The notes beneath the pieces were generated by a model. The model had not been told where the DNA came from and ran no database searches. It was given only the letters and a program-made list of their open reading frames with translations. A stretch of DNA of 64,000 nt from Eledone cirrhosa (lineage: Eukaryota), in the NCBI GenBank assembly GCA_964016885.1, contig OZ024744.1:104160001-104224000 (forward strand), given 5' to 3'. A program made the translations under genes and the position numbers. Each line of letters opens with the position of its first letter. Position 1 is the first letter of the stretch. Below are positions 28,601 to 44,084 of this stretch, one piece after another.

Positions 28601-30498
28601 AGGGATAGCTCACAGAATATAGTTTATAACAGTTGAAAGTAGACTGTCTAGAGGTGTAGGGGAAGGGATAACTTACATAATATGGTTTATAACAGTTTAA
28701 GGTAGACTGTCTAGAGGTATATAGGAAGGGATAGCTGACAGGATATGGTTTATAACAGTTGAAGGTAGAATGTCTAGAGATATATAGGTTGGGATAGCTT
28801 ACAGAATAAGGTTTATAACAGTTGAAGTTAGACTGTCTAGAGATCTATAGGAAGGGATAGCTCACAGAATATGGTTTATGACAGTTGAAAGTAGACTGTC
28901 TAGAGATGTATAGGAAGGGATAGCTCACAGAATATGGTTTATAACAGTTGAAGGTAGACTGTCTAGAGATATATAGGAAGGGATAGCTCACAGAATATGG
29001 TTTATGACAGTTGAAAGTAGACTGTCTAGAGATGTATAGGAAGGGATAGCTCACAGAATATGGTTTATAACAGTTGAAGGTAGACTGTCTAGAGATATAT
29101 AGGAAGGGATAGCTCACAGAATATGGTTTATGACAGTTGAAAGTAGACTGTCTAGAGATGTATAGGAAGGGATAGCTCACAGAATATGGTTTATAACAGT
29201 TGAAGGTAGACTGTCTAGAGATGTATAGGAAGGGATAGCTTACAGAATATGGTTTATAACAGTTGAAGGTAGAATGTCTAGAGATATATAGGAAGGGATA
29301 GCTTACAGAATATGGTTTATAACAGTTGACGGTAGACTGTCTAGTGATGTATAGGAAGGGATAGCTCACAGAATATGGTTTATAACAGTTGAAGGTAGAC
29401 TCTGTCTAGAGGTATATAGGAAGGGATAGCTTACAGAATATGGTTTATAACAGTTGAAGTTAGAATGTCTAGAGATCTATAGGAAGGGATAGCTCACAGA
29501 ATATGGTTTATAACAGTTGAAGGTAGACTTTCTACAGATATATAGGAAGGGATAGCTCACAGAATATGGTTTATAACAGTTGAAGGTAGACTGTCTAGAG
29601 GTGTAGGGGAAGGGATAACTTACATAATATTGTTTATAACAGATTAAGGTAGACTGTCTAGAGGTATATAGGAAGGGATAGCTTACAGAATAAGGTTTAT
29701 AACAGTTGAAGGTAGACTGTTTTGTGGTATATAGTAAGGGATAGCTCCCAGAATATTGTTTATAACAGTTGAAGGTAGACTCTGTCTAGAGGAATATAGG
29801 AAGGGATTGCTTACAGAATATGGTTTATAACAGTTGAAGGTAGACCGTCTAGAGGTATATAGGATGGGATAGCTCACAGGATATTGTTTATAACAGTTGA
29901 AAGTAGAATGTCTAGAGATATTGAGGAAGGGATAGCTCACAGAATATGGTTCATAACAGTTGAAGGTAGACTCTGTCTGGAGGTGTAGAGCAAGGGATAG
30001 CTTACAGTATATGGTTTATAACAGTTGAATGTAGACTCTGTCCAGAGATGTATAGGAAGAGATAGCTCACAGAATATGGTTTATAACAGTTGAAGGTAGA
30101 CTGTCTAGATATATATAGGAAGGGATAGCTCACAGAATATGGTTTATAACAGTTGAAGGTAGACTCTGTCTAGAGGTATATAGGAAGGGATAGCTTACAG
30201 AATATGGTTTATAACGGTTGAAGGTAGACTGTCTAGAGATGTAGAGCAAGGGATAGCTTACAGAATATGGTTTATAACAGTTGAAGGTAGACTGTCTAGA
30301 GATCTATAGGAAGGGATAGCTCACAGAATATAGTTTATAACAGTTGAAAGTAGACTGTCTAGAGGTGTAGGGGAAGGGATAACTTACATAATATGGTTTA
30401 TAACAGTTTAAGGTAGACTGTCTAGAGGTATATAGGAAGGGATAGCTGACAGGATATGGTTTATAACAGTTGAAGGTAGAATGTCTAGAGATATATAG
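19597..30498. repeat. Tandem duplication, period 5443 bp (~86 monomers), containing nested 1711-bp units
   Basis: ORF pairs 20004/25447, 21140/26583, 21713/27156, 22529/27972, 23402/28845 and 24240/29683 are all offset by 5443. The junction is near 25040-25056. Confidence 0.92.
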
Positions 30499-33400
30499 GT
30501 TGGGATAGCTTACAGAATAAGGTTTATAACAGTTGAAGTTAGACTGTCTAGAGATCTATAGGAAGGGATAGCTCACAGAATATGGTTTATGACAGTTGAA
30601 AGTAGACTGTCTAGAGATGTATAGGAAGGGATAGCTCACAGAATATGGTTTATAACAGTTGAAGGTAGACTGTCTAGAGATATATAGGAAGGGATAGCTC
30701 ACAGAATATGGTTTATGACAGTTGAAAGTAGACTGTCTAGAGATGTATAGGAAGGGATAGCTCATAGAATATGGTTTATAACAGTTGAAGGTAGACTGTC
30801 TAGAGATATATAGGAAGGGATAGCTCACAGAATATGGTTTATGACAGTTGAAAGTAGACTGTCTAGAGATGTATAGGAAGGGATAGCTCACAGAATATGG
30901 TTTATAACAGTTGAAGGTAGACTGTCTAGAGATGTATAGGAAGGGATAGCTTACAGAATATGGTTTTAACAGTTGAAGGTAGAATGTCTAGAGATATATA
31001 GGAAGGGATAGCTTACAGAATATGGTTTATAACAGTTGAAGGTAGACTGTCTAGTGATGTATAGGAAGGGATAGCTCACAGAATATGGTTTATAACAGTT
31101 GAAGGTAGACTCTGTCTAGAGGTATATAGGAAGGGATAGCTTACAGAATATGGTTTATAACAGTTGAAGTTAGAATGTCTAGAGATCTATAGGAAGGGAT
31201 AGCTCACAGAATATGGTTTATAACAGTTGAAGGTAGACTTTCTACAGATATATAGGAAGGGATAGCTCACAGAATATGGTTTATAACAGTTGAAGGTAGA
31301 CTGTCTAGAGGTGTAGGGGAAGGGATAACTTACATAATATTGTTTATAACAGATTAAGGTAGACTGTCTAGAGGTATATAGGAAGGGATAGCTTACAGAA
31401 TATGGTTTATAACAGTTGAAGGTAGACTGTTTTGTGGTATATAGTAAGGGATAGCTCCCAGAATATTGTTTATAACAGTTGAAGGTAGACTCTGTCTAGA
31501 GGAATATAGGAAGGGATTGCTTACAGAATATGGTTTATAACAGTTGAAGGTAGACCGTCTAGAGGTATATAGGATGGGATAGCTCACAGGATATTGTTTA
31601 TAACAGTTGAAAGTAGAATGTCTAGAGATATTGAGGAAGGGATAGCTCACAGAATATGGTTCATAACAGTTGAAGGTAGACTCTGTCTGGAGGTGTAGAG
31701 CAAGGGATAGCTTACAGTATATGGTTTATAACAGTTGAAGGTAGACTCTGTCCAGAGATGTATAGGAAGAGATAGCTCACAGAATATGGTTTATAACAGT
31801 TGAAGGTAGACTGTCTAGAGATATATAGGAAGGGATAGCTCACAGAATATGGTTTATAACGGTTGAAGGTAGACTGTCTAGAGATGTAGAGCAAGGGATA
31901 GCTTACAGAATATGGTTTATAACAGTTGAAGGTAGACTGTCTAGAGATCTATAGGAAGGGATAGCTCACAGAATATAGTTTATAACAGTTGAAAGTAGAC
32001 TGTCTAGAGGTGTAGGGGAAGGGATAACTTACATAATATGGTTTATAACAGTTTAAGGTAGACTGTCTAGAGGTATATAGGAAGGGATAGCTGACAGGAT
32101 ATGGTTTATAACAGTTGAAGGTAGAATGTCTAGAGATATATAGGTTGGGATAGCTTACAGAATAAGGTTTATAACAGTTGAAGTTAGACTGTCTAGAGAT
32201 CTATAGGAAGGGATAGCTCACAGAATATGGTTTATGACAGTTGAAAGTAGACTGTCTAGAGATGTTTAGGAAGGGATAGCTCACAGAATATGGTTTATAA
32301 CAGTTGAAGGTAGACTGTCTAGAGATATATAGGAAGGGATAGCTCACAGAATATGGTTTATGACAGTTGAAAGTAGACTGTCTAGAGATGTATAGGAAGG
32401 GATAGCTCACAGAATATGGTTTATAACAGTTGAAGGTAGACTGTCTAGAGATATATAGGAAGGGATAGCTCACAGAATATGGTTTATGACAGTTGAAAGT
32501 AGACTGTCTAGAGATGTATAGGAAGGGATAGCTCACAGAATATGGTTTATAACAGTTGAAGGTAGACTGTCTAGAGATGTATAGGAAGGGATAGCTTACA
32601 GAATATGGTTTATAACAGTTGAAGGTAGACTGTCTAGAGATGTATAGGAAGGGATAGCTCACAGAATATGGTTTATAACAGTTGAAGGTAGACTCTGTCT
32701 AGAGGTATATAGGAAGGGATAGCTCACAGAATATGGTTTATAACAGTTGAAGGTAGAATGTTTAGAGATATATAGGATGGGATAGCTTACAGAATATGGT
32801 TTATAACAGTTGAAGGTAGACTGTCTAGAGGTATATAGGATGGGATAGCTCACAGAATATGGTTTATAACAGTTGAAGGTAGAATGTCTAGAGATATATA
32901 GGATGGGATAGGTTTCAGAATATGGTTTATAACAGTTGAAGGTAGACTGTCTAGAGATATATAGGAAGGGATAGCTCACAGATTATGGTTTATAACAGTT
33001 GAAACTAGAATGTGTAGAGATGTATAGGAAGGGATAGCTCACAGAATATGGTTTATAACAGTTGAAGGTAGACTGTCTAGAGATGTATAGGAAGGGATAG
33101 CTTACAGAATATGGTTTAAAACAGTTGAAGGTAGACTGTCTAGAGATGTATAGGGTGGGATAGGTTACAGAATATGGTTTATAACAGTTGAAGGTAGACT
33201 GTCTAGAGGTATATAGGAAGGGATAGCTTACAGAATATGGTTTATAACAGTTGAAGGTAGACTGTCTAGAGGTATATAGGAAGGGATAGCTCACAGAATA
33301 TGGTTTATAACAGTTGAAGGTAGACTGTCTAGAGATGTATAGGAATGGATAGCTCACAGAATATGGTTTATAACAGTTGAAGGTAGACGCTGTCTAGAGG

Positions 33401-36400
33401 TATATAGGAAGGGATAGCTTACAGAATATGGTTTATAACAGTTGAAGGTAGACTGTCTAGTGATGTATAGGAAGGGATAGCTCACAGAATATGGTTTATA
33501 ACAGTTGAAGGTAGACTCTGTCTAGAGGTATATAGGAAGGGATAGCTCACAGAATATGGTTTATAACAGTTGAAGGTAGACTTTCTACAGATATATAGGA
33601 AGGGATAGCTCACAGAATATGGTTTACGACAGTTGAAAGTAGACTGTCTAGAGATGTATAGGAAGGGATAGCTCACAGAATATGGTTTATAACAGTTGAA
33701 GGTAGACTGTCTAGAGATATATAGGAAGGGATAGCTCACAGAATATGGTTTATAACAGTTGAAGGTAGACTGTCTAGAGATCTATAGGAAGGGATAGCTC
33801 ACAGAATATAGTTTATAACAGTTGAAAGTAGACTGTCTAGAGGTGTAGGGGAAGGGATAACTTACATAATATGGTTTATAACAGTTTAAGGTAGACTGTC
33901 TAGAGGTATATAGGAAGGGATAGCTGACAGGATATGGTTTATAACAGTTGAAGGTAGAATGTCTAGAGATATATAGGTTGGGATAGCTTACAGAATAAGG
34001 TTTATAACAGTTGAAGTTAGACTGTCTAGAGATCTATAGGAAGGGATAGCTCACAGAATATGGTTTATAACAGTTGAAGGTAGACTGTCTAGAGATGTAT
34101 GGGAAGGGATAACTTACATAATATGGTTTATAACAGTTGAAGGCAGACTATCTATAGGTGTATAGGAAGGGATAGCTCACAGAATATGGTTTATAACAGT
34201 TGAAGGTAGACTGTCTAGAGATGTATAGGAAGGGCTAGCTCACATAATATGGTTTATAACAGTTGAAGGTAGACTGTCTAGTGGTATATAGGAAGGGATA
34301 GATTACAGAATATGGTTATTAACAGTTGAAGGTAGACTGTCTAGAGTATATACGATGGGATAGCTCACATAATATGGTTTATAACAGTTGAAGGTAGACT
34401 GTCTAGAGATATATAGGAAGGGATAGCTCACAGAATATGGTTTATGACAGTTGAAAGTAGACTGTCTAGAGATGTATAGGAAGGGATAGCTCACAGAATA
34501 TGGTTTATAACAGTTGAAGGTAGACTGTCTAGAGATATATAGGAAGGGATAGCTCACAGAATATGGTTTATGACAGTTGAAAGTAGACTGTCTAGAGATG
34601 TATAGGAAGGGATAGCTCACAGAATATGGTTTATAACAGTTGAAGGTAGACTGTCTAGAGATATATAGGAAGGGATAGCTCACAGAATATGGTTTATGAC
34701 AGTTGAAGGTAGACTGTCTAGAGGTATATAGAAAGGGATAGCTCACAGAATATGGTTTATAACAGTTGAAGGTAGAATGTCTAGAGATATATAGGATGGG
34801 ATAGGTTTCAGAATATGGTTTATAACAGTTGAAGGTAGACTGTCTAGAGATATATAGGAAGGGATAGCTCACAGATTATGGTTTATAACAGTTGAAAGTA
34901 GAATGTGTAGAGATGTATAGGAAGGGATAGCTCACAGAATATGGTTTATAACAGTTGAAGGTAGACTGTCTAGAGATGTATAGGAAGGGATAGCTTACAG
35001 AATATGGTTTATAACAGTTGAAGGTAGACTGTCTAGAGATGTATAGGGTGGGATAGGTTACAGAATATGGTTTATAACAGTTGAAGGTAGACTGTCTAGA
35101 GGTATATAGGAAGGGATAGCTTACAGAATATGGTTTATAACAGTTGAAGGTAGACTGTCTAGAGGTATATAGGAAGGGATAGCTCACAGAATATGGTTTA
35201 TAACAGTTGAAGGTAGACTGTCTAGAGATGTATAGGAATGGATAGCTCACAGAATATGGTTTATAACAGTTGAAGGTAGACGCTGTCTAGAGGTATATAG
35301 GAAGGGATAGCTTACAGAATATGGTTTATAACAGTTGAAGGTAGACTGTCTAGAGGTGTAGGGGAAAGGATAACTTACATAATATGGTTTATAACAATTT
35401 AAGGTAGACTGTCTAGAGGTATATAGGAAGGGATAGCTCACAGAATATGGTTTATAACAGTTGAAGGTAGACTGTCGAGAGATCTATAGGAAGGGATAGC
35501 TCACAGAATATGGTTTATAACAGTTGAAAGTAGACTGTCTAGAGGTGTAGGGGAAAGGATAACTTACATAATATGGTTTATAACAGTTTCAGGTAGACTG
35601 TCTAGAGGTATATAGGAAGGGATAGCTGACAGGATATGGTTTATAACAGTTGAAGGTAGAATGTCGAGAGATATATAGGTTGGGATAGCTTACAGAATAA
35701 GGTTTATAACAGTTGAAAGTAGACTGTCTAGAGATATACAGGAAGGGATAGCTGACAGAATATGGTTTATAACAGTTGAAGGTAGACTCTGTCTAGAGAT
35801 ATATAGGAAGGGATAGCTCACAGAATATGGTTTATGACAGTTGAAGGTAGACTGTCTAGAGGTATATAGGAAGGGATAGCTCACAGAATATGGTTTATAA
35901 CAGTTGAAGGTAGAATGTTTAGAGATATATAGGATGGGATAGCTTACAGAATATGGTTTATAACAGTTGAAGGTAGACTGTCTAGAGGTATATAGGATGG
36001 GATAGCTCACAGAATATGGTTTATAACAGTTGAAGGTAGAATGTCTAGAGATATATAGGATGGGATAGGTTTCAGAATATGGTTTATAACAGTTGAAGGT
36101 AGACTGTCTAGAGATATATAGGAAGGGATAGCTCACAGATTATGGTTTATAACAGTTGAAAGTAGAATGTGTAGAGATGTATAGGAAGGGATAGCTCACA
36201 GAATATGGTTTATAACAGTTGAAGGTAGACTGTCTAGAGATGTATAGGAAGGGATAGCTTACAGAATATGGTTTAAAACAGTTGAAGGTAGACTGTCTAG
36301 AGATGTATAGGGTGGGATAGGTTACAGAATATGGTTTATAACAGTTGAAGGTAGACTGTCTAGAGGTATATAGGAAGGGATAGCTTACAGAATATGGTTT

Positions 36401-37599
36401 ATAACAGTTGAAGGTAGACTGTCTAGAGGTATATAGGAAGGGATAGCTCACAGAATATGGTTTATAACAGTTGAAGGTAGACTGTCTAGAGATGTATAGG
36501 AATGGATAGCTCACAGAATATGGTTTATAACAGTTGAAGGTAGACGCTGTCTAGAGGTATATAGGAAGGGATAGCTTACAGAATATGGTTTATAACAGTT
36601 GAAGGTAGACTGTCTAGTGATGTATAGGAAGGGATAGCTCACAGAATATGGTTTATAACAGTTGAAGGTAGACTGTCTAGAGATGTATAGGAAGGGATAG
36701 CTCACAGAATATGGTTTATAACAGTTGAAGGTAGACGCTGTCTAGAGGTATATAGGAAGGGATAGCTTACAGAATATGGTTTATAACAGTTGAAGGTAGA
36801 CTGTCTAGTGATGTATAGGAAGGGATAGCTCACAGAATATGGTTTGTAACAGTTGAAGGTAGACTCTGTCTAGAGGTATATAGGAAGGGATAGCTCACAG
36901 AATATGGTTTATAACAGTTGAAGGTAGACTTTCTACAGATATATAGGAAGGGATAGCTCACAGAATATGGTTTACGACAGTTGAAAGTAGACTGTCTAGA
37001 GATGTATAGGAAGGGATAGCTCACAGAATATGGTTTATAACAGTTGAAGGTAGACTGTCTAGAGATATATAGGAAGGGATAGCTCACAGAATATGGTTTA
37101 TGACAGTTGAAAGTAGACTGTCTAGAGATGTATAGGAAGGGATAGCTCACAGAATATGGTTTATAACAGTTGAAGGTAGACTGTCTAGAGATGTATAGGA
37201 AGGGATAGCTTACAGAATATGGTTTATAACAGTTGAAGGTAGACTGTCTAGAGATGTATAGGAAGGGATAGCTCACAGAATATGGTTTATAACAGTTGAA
37301 GGTAGACTGTCTAGAGATGTATAGGAAGGGATAGCTCACAGAATATGGTTTGTAACAGTTGAAGGTAGACTCTGTCTAGAGGTATATAGGAAGGGATAGC
37401 TCACAGAATATGGTTTATAACAGTTGAAGGTAGACTGTCTAGAGGTGTATGGGAAGGGATAACTTACATAATATGGTTTATAACAATTTAAGGTAGACTG
37501 TCTAGAGTTATATAGGAAGGGATAGCTCACAGAATATGGTTTATAACAGTTGAAGGTAGACTGTCTAGAGATCTATAGGAAGGGATAGCTCACAGAATA

Positions 37600-40500
37600 T
37601 AGTTTATAACAGTTGAAAGTAGACTGTCTAGAGGTGTAGGGGAAGGGATAACTTACATAATATGGTTTATAACAGTTTAAGGTAGACTGTCTAGAGGTAT
37701 ATAGGAAGGGATAGCTGACAGGATATGGTTTATAACAGTTGAAGGTAGAATGTCTAGAGATATATAGGTTGGGATAGCTTACAGAATAAGGTTTATAACA
37801 GTTGAAGTTAGACTGTCTAGAGATTTATAGGAAGGGATAGCTCACAGAATATGGTTTATAACAGTTGAAGGTAGACTGTCTAGAGATGTATGGGAAGGGA
37901 TAACTTACATAATATGGTTTATAACAGTTGAAGGCAGACTATCTATAGGTGTATAGGAAGGGATAGCTCACAGAATATGGTTTATAACAGTTGAAGGTAG
38001 ACTGTCTAGAGATGTATAGGAAGGGCTAGCTCACATAATATGGTTTATAACAGTTGAAGGTAGACTGTCTAGTGGTATATAGGAAGGGATAGATTACAGA
38101 ATATGGTTATTAACAGTTGAAGGTAGACTGTCTAGAGTATATACGATGGGATAGCTCACATAATATGGTTTATAACAGTTGAAGGTAGACTGTCTAGAGA
38201 TATATAGGAAGGGATAGCTCACAGAATATGGTTTATGACAGTTGAAAGTAGACTGTCTAGAGATGTATAGGAAGGGATAGCTCACAGAATATGGTTTATA
38301 ACAGTTGAAGGTAGACTGTCTAGAGATATATAGGAAGGGATAGCTCACAGAATATGGTTTATGACAGTTGAAAGTAGACTGTCTAGAGATGTATAGGAAG
38401 GGATAGCTCACAGAATATGGTTTATAACAGTTGAAGGTAGACTGTCTAGAGATATATAGGAAGGGATAGCTCACAGAATATGGTTTATGACAGTTGAAGG
38501 TAGACTGTCTAGAGGTATATAGAAAGGGATAGCTCACAGAATATGGTTTATAACAGTTGAAGGTAGAATGTCTAGAGATATATAGGATGGGATAGGTTTC
38601 AGAATATGGTTTATAACAGTTGAAGGTAGACTGTCTAGAGATATATAGGAAGGGATAGCTCACAGATTATGGTTTATAACAGTTGAAAGTAGAATGTGTA
38701 GAGATGTATAGGAAGGGATAGCTCACAGAATATGGTTTATAACAGTTGAAGGTAGACTGTCTAGAGATGTATAGGAAGGGATAGCTTACAGAATATGGTT
38801 TATAACAGTTGAAGGTAGACTGTCTAGAGATGTATAGGGTGGGATAGGTTACAGAATATGGTTTATAACAGTTGAAGGTAGACTGTCTAGAGGTATATAG
38901 GAAGGGATAGCTTACAGAATATGGTTTATAACAGTTGAAGGTAGACTGTCTAGAGGTATATAGGAAGGGATAGCTCACAGAATATGGTTTATAACAGTTG
39001 AAGGTAGACTGTCTAGAGATGTATAGGAATGGATAGCTCACAGAATATGGTTTATAACAGTTGAAGGTAGACGCTGTCTAGAGGTATATAGGAAGGGATA
39101 GCTTACAGAATATGGTTTATAACAGTTGAAGGTAGACTGTCTAGTGATGTATAGGAAGGGATAGCTCACAGAATATGGTTTATAACAGTTGAAGGTAGAC
39201 TCTGTCTAGAGGTATATAGGAAGGGATAGCTTACAGAATATGGTTTATAACAGTTGAAGTTAGAATGTCTAGAGATCTATAGGAAGGGATAGCTCACAGA
39301 ATATGGTTTATAACAGTTGAAGGTAGACTTTCTACAGATATATAGGAAGGGATAGCTCACAGAATATGGTTTATAACAGTTGAAGGTAGACTGTCTAGAG
39401 GTGTAGGGGAAGGGATAACTTACATAATATTGTTTATAACAGATTAAGGTAGACTGTCTAGAGGTATATAGGAAGGGATAGCTTACAGAATAAGGTTTAT
39501 AACAGTTGAAGGTAGACTGTTTTGTGGTATATAGTAAGGGATAGCTCCCAGAATATTGTTTATAACAGTTGAAAGTAGACTGTCTAGAGGTGTAGGGGAA
39601 GGGATAACTTACATAATATGGTTTATAACAGTTTAAGGTAGACTGTCTAGAGGTATATAGGAAGGGATAGCTGACAGGATATGGTTTATAACAGTTGAAG
39701 GTAGAATGTCTAGAGATATATAGGTTGGGATAGCTTACAGAATAAGGTTTATAACAGTTGAAGTTAGACTGTCTAGAGATTTATAGGAAGGGATAGCTCA
39801 CAGAATATGGTTTATAACAGTTGAAGGTAGACTGTCTAGAGATGTATGGGAAGGGATAACTTACATAATATGGTTTATAACAGTTGAAGGCAGACTATCT
39901 ATAGGTGTATAGGAAGGGATAGCTCACAGAATATGGTTTATAACAGTTGAAGGTAGACTGTCTAGAGATGTATAGGAAGGGCTAGCTCACATAATATGGT
40001 TTATAACAGTTGAAGGTAGACTGTCTAGTGGTATATAGGAAGGGATAGATTACAGAATATGGTTATTAACAGTTGAAGGTAGACTGTCTAGAGTATATAC
40101 GATGGGATAGCTCACATAATATGGTTTATAACAGTTGAAGGTAGACTGTCTAGAGATATATAGGAAGGGATAGCTCACAGAATATGGTTTATGACAGTTG
40201 AAAGTAGACTGTCTAGAGATGTATAGGAAGGGATAGCTCACAGAATATGGTTTATAACAGTTGAAGGTAGACTGTCTAGAGATATATAGGAAGGGATAGC
40301 TCACAGAATATGGTTTATGACAGTTGAAAGTAGACTGTCTAGAGATGTATAGGAAGGGATAGCTCACAGAATATGGTTTATAACAGTTGAAGGTAGACTG
40401 TCTAGAGATATATAGGAAGGGATAGCTCACAGAATATGGTTTATGACAGTTGAAGGTAGACTGTCTAGAGGTATATAGAAAGGGATAGCTCACAGAATAT

Positions 40501-41760
40501 GGTTTATAACAGTTGAAGGTAGAATGTCTAGAGATATATAGGATGGGATAGGTTTCAGAATATGGTTTATAACAGTTGAAGGTAGACTGTCTAGAGATAT
40601 ATAGGAAGGGATAGCTCACAGATTATGGTTTATAACAGTTGAAAGTAGAATGTGTAGAGATGTATAGGAAGGGATAGCTCACAGAATATGGTTTATAACA
40701 GTTGAAGGTAGACTGTCTAGAGATGTATAGGAAGGGATAGCTTACAGAATATGGTTTATAACAGTTGAAGGTAGACTGTCTAGAGATGTATAGGGTGGGA
40801 TAGGTTACAGAATATGGTTTATAACAGTTGAAGGTAGACTGTCTAGAGGTATATAGGAAGGGATAGCTTACAGAATATGGTTTATAACAGTTGAAGGTAG
40901 ACTGTCTAGAGGTATATAGGAAGGGATAGCTCACAGAATATGGTTTATAACAGTTGAAGGTAGACTGTCTAGAGATGTATAAGAATGGATAGCTCACAGA
41001 ATATGGTTTATAACAGTTGAAGGTAGACGCTGTCTAGAGGTATATAGGAAGGGATAGCTTACAGAATATGGTTTATAACAGTTGAAGGTAGACTGTCTAG
41101 TGATGTATAGGAAGGGATAGCTCACAGAATATGGTTTATAACAGTTGAAGGTAGACTCTGTCTAGAGGTATATAGGAAGGGATAGCTTACAGAATATGGT
41201 TTATAACAGTTGAAGTTAGAATGTCTAGAGATCTATAGGAAGGGATAGCTCACAGAATATGGTTTATAACAGTTGAAGGTAGACTTTCTACAGATATATA
41301 GGAAGGGATAGCTCACAGAATATGGTTTATAACAGTTGAAGGTAGACTGTCTAGAGGTGTAGGGGAAGGGATAACTTACATAATATTGTTTATAACAGAT
41401 TAAGGTAGACTGTCTAGAGGTATATAGGAAGGGATAGCTTACAGAATAAGGTTTATAACAGTTGAAGGTAGACTGTTTTGTGGTATATAGTAAGGGATAG
41501 CTCCCAGAATATTGTTTATAACAGTTGAAAGTAGACTGTCTAGAGGTGTAGGGGAAGGGATAACTTACGTAATATGGTTTATAACAGTTTAAGGTAGACT
41601 GTCTAGAGGTATATAGGAAGGGATAGCTGACAGGATATGGTTTATAACAGTTGAAGGTAGAATGTCTAGAGATATATAGGTTGGGATAGCTTACAGAATA
41701 AGGTTTATAACAGTTGAAGTTAGACTGTCTAGAGATCTATAGGAAGGGATAGCTCACAGA
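37600..41760. repeat. Tandem duplication, period 1956 bp (~31 monomers)
   Basis: ORF pairs 38094/40050 and 38667/40623 are offset by 1956, and both copies carry the private variant GAGATTTATAGG. Confidence 0.85.
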
Positions 41761-44084
41761 ATATGGTTTATGACAGTTGAAAGTAGACTGTCTAGAGATG
41801 TTTAGGAAGGGATAGCTCACAGAATATGGTTTATAACAGTTGAAGGTAGACTGTCTAGAGATATATAGGAAGGGATAGCTCACAGAATATGGTTTATGAC
41901 AGTTGAAAGTAGACTGTCTAGAGATGTATAGGAAGGGATAGCTCACAGAATATGGTTTATAACAGTTGAAGGTAGACTGTCTAGAGATATATAGGAAGGG
42001 ATAGCTCACAGAATATGGTTTATGACAGTTGAAAGTAGACTGTCTAGCGATGTATAGGAAGGGATAGCTCACAGAATATGGTTTATAACAGTTGAAGGTA
42101 GACTGTCTAGAGATGTATAGGAAGGGATAGCTTACAGAATATGGTTTATAACAGTTGAAGGTAGACTGTCTAGAGATGTATAGGAAGGGCTAGCTCACAT
42201 GATATGGTTTATAACAGTTGAAGGTAGACTGTCTAGTGGTATATAGGAAGGGATAGATTACAGAATATGGTTATTAACAGTTGAAGGTAGACTGTCTAGA
42301 GTATATACGATGGGATAGCTCACAGAATATGGTTTATAACAGTTGAAGGTAGACTGTCTAGAGATATATAGGAAGGGATAGCTCACAGAATATGGTTTAT
42401 GACAGTTGAAAGTAGACTGTCTAGAGATGTATAGGAAGGGATAGCTCACAGAATATGGTTTATAACAGTTGAAGGTAGACTGTCTAGAGATATATAGGAA
42501 GGGATAGCTCACAGAATATGGTTTATGACAGTTGAAAGTAGACTGTCTAGAGATGTATAGGAAGGGATAGCTCACAGAATATGGTTTATAACAGTTGAAG
42601 GTAGACTGTCTAGAGATATATAGGAAGGGATAGCTCACAGAATATGGTTTATGACAGTTGAAAGTAGACTGTCTAGAGATGTATAGGAAGGGATAGCTCA
42701 CAGAATATGGTTTATAACAGTTGAAGGTAGACTGTCTAGAGATGTATAGGAAGGGATAGCTTACAGAATATGGTTTATAACAGTTGAAGGTAGACTGTCT
42801 AGAGATGTATAGGAAGGGATAGCTCACAGAATATGGTTTATAACAGTTGAAGGTAGACTGTCTAGAGATGTATAGGAAGGGATAGCTCACAGAATATGGT
42901 TTATAACAGTTGAAGGTAGACTCTGTCTAGAGGTATATAGGAAGGGATAGCTCACAGAATATGGTTTATAAGAGTTGCAGGTAGACTGTATAGAGGTGTA
43001 GGGGAAGGGATAACTTACATAATATGGTTTATAACAATTTAAGGTAGACTGTCTAGAGGTATATAGGAAGGGATAGCTCACCGAATATGGTTTATAACAG
43101 TTGAAGGTAGACTGTCTAGAGATCTATAGGAAGGGATAGCTCACAGAATATGGTTTATAACAGTTGAAAGTAGACTGTCTAGAGGTGTAGGGGAAAGGAT
43201 AACTTACATAATATGGTTTATAACAGTTTCAGGTAGACTGTCTAGAGGTATATAGGAAGGGATAGCTGACAGGATATGGTTTATAACAGTTGAAGGTAGA
43301 ATGTCGAGAGATATATAGTTTGGGATAGCTTACAGAATAAGGTTTATAACAGTTGAAAGTAGACTGTCTAGAGATATACAGGAAGGGATAGCTGACAGAA
43401 TATGGTTTATAACAGTTGAAGGTAGACTCTGTCTAGAGATATATAGGAAGGGATAGCTCACAGAATATGGTTTATGACAGTTGAAGGTAGACTGTCTAGA
43501 GGTATATAGGAAGGGATAGCTCACAGAATATGGTTTATAACAGTTGAAGGTAGAATGTTTAGAGATATATAGGATGGGATAGCTTACAGAATATGGTTTA
43601 TAACAGTTGAAGGTAGACTGTCTAGAGGTATATAGGATGGGATAGCTCACAGAATATGGTTTATAACAGTTGAAGGTAGAATGTCTAGAGATATATAGGA
43701 TGGGATAGGTTTCAGAATATGGTTTATAACAGTTGAAGGTAGACTGTCTAGAGATATATAGGAAGGGATAGCTCACAGATTATGGTTTATAACAGTTGAA
43801 AGTAGAATGTGTAGAGATGTATAGGAAGGGATAGCTCACAGAATATGGTTTATAACAGTTGAAGGTAGACTGTCTAGAGATGTATAGGAAGGGATAGCTT
43901 ACAGAATATGGTTTAAAACAGTTGAAGGTAGACTGTCTAGAGATGTATAGGGTGGGATAGGTTACAGAATATGGTTTATAACAGTTGAAGGTAGACTGTC
44001 TAGAGGTATATAGGAAGGGATAGCTTACAGAATATGGTTTATAACAGTTGAAGGTAGACTGTCTAGAGGTATATAGGAAGGGAT

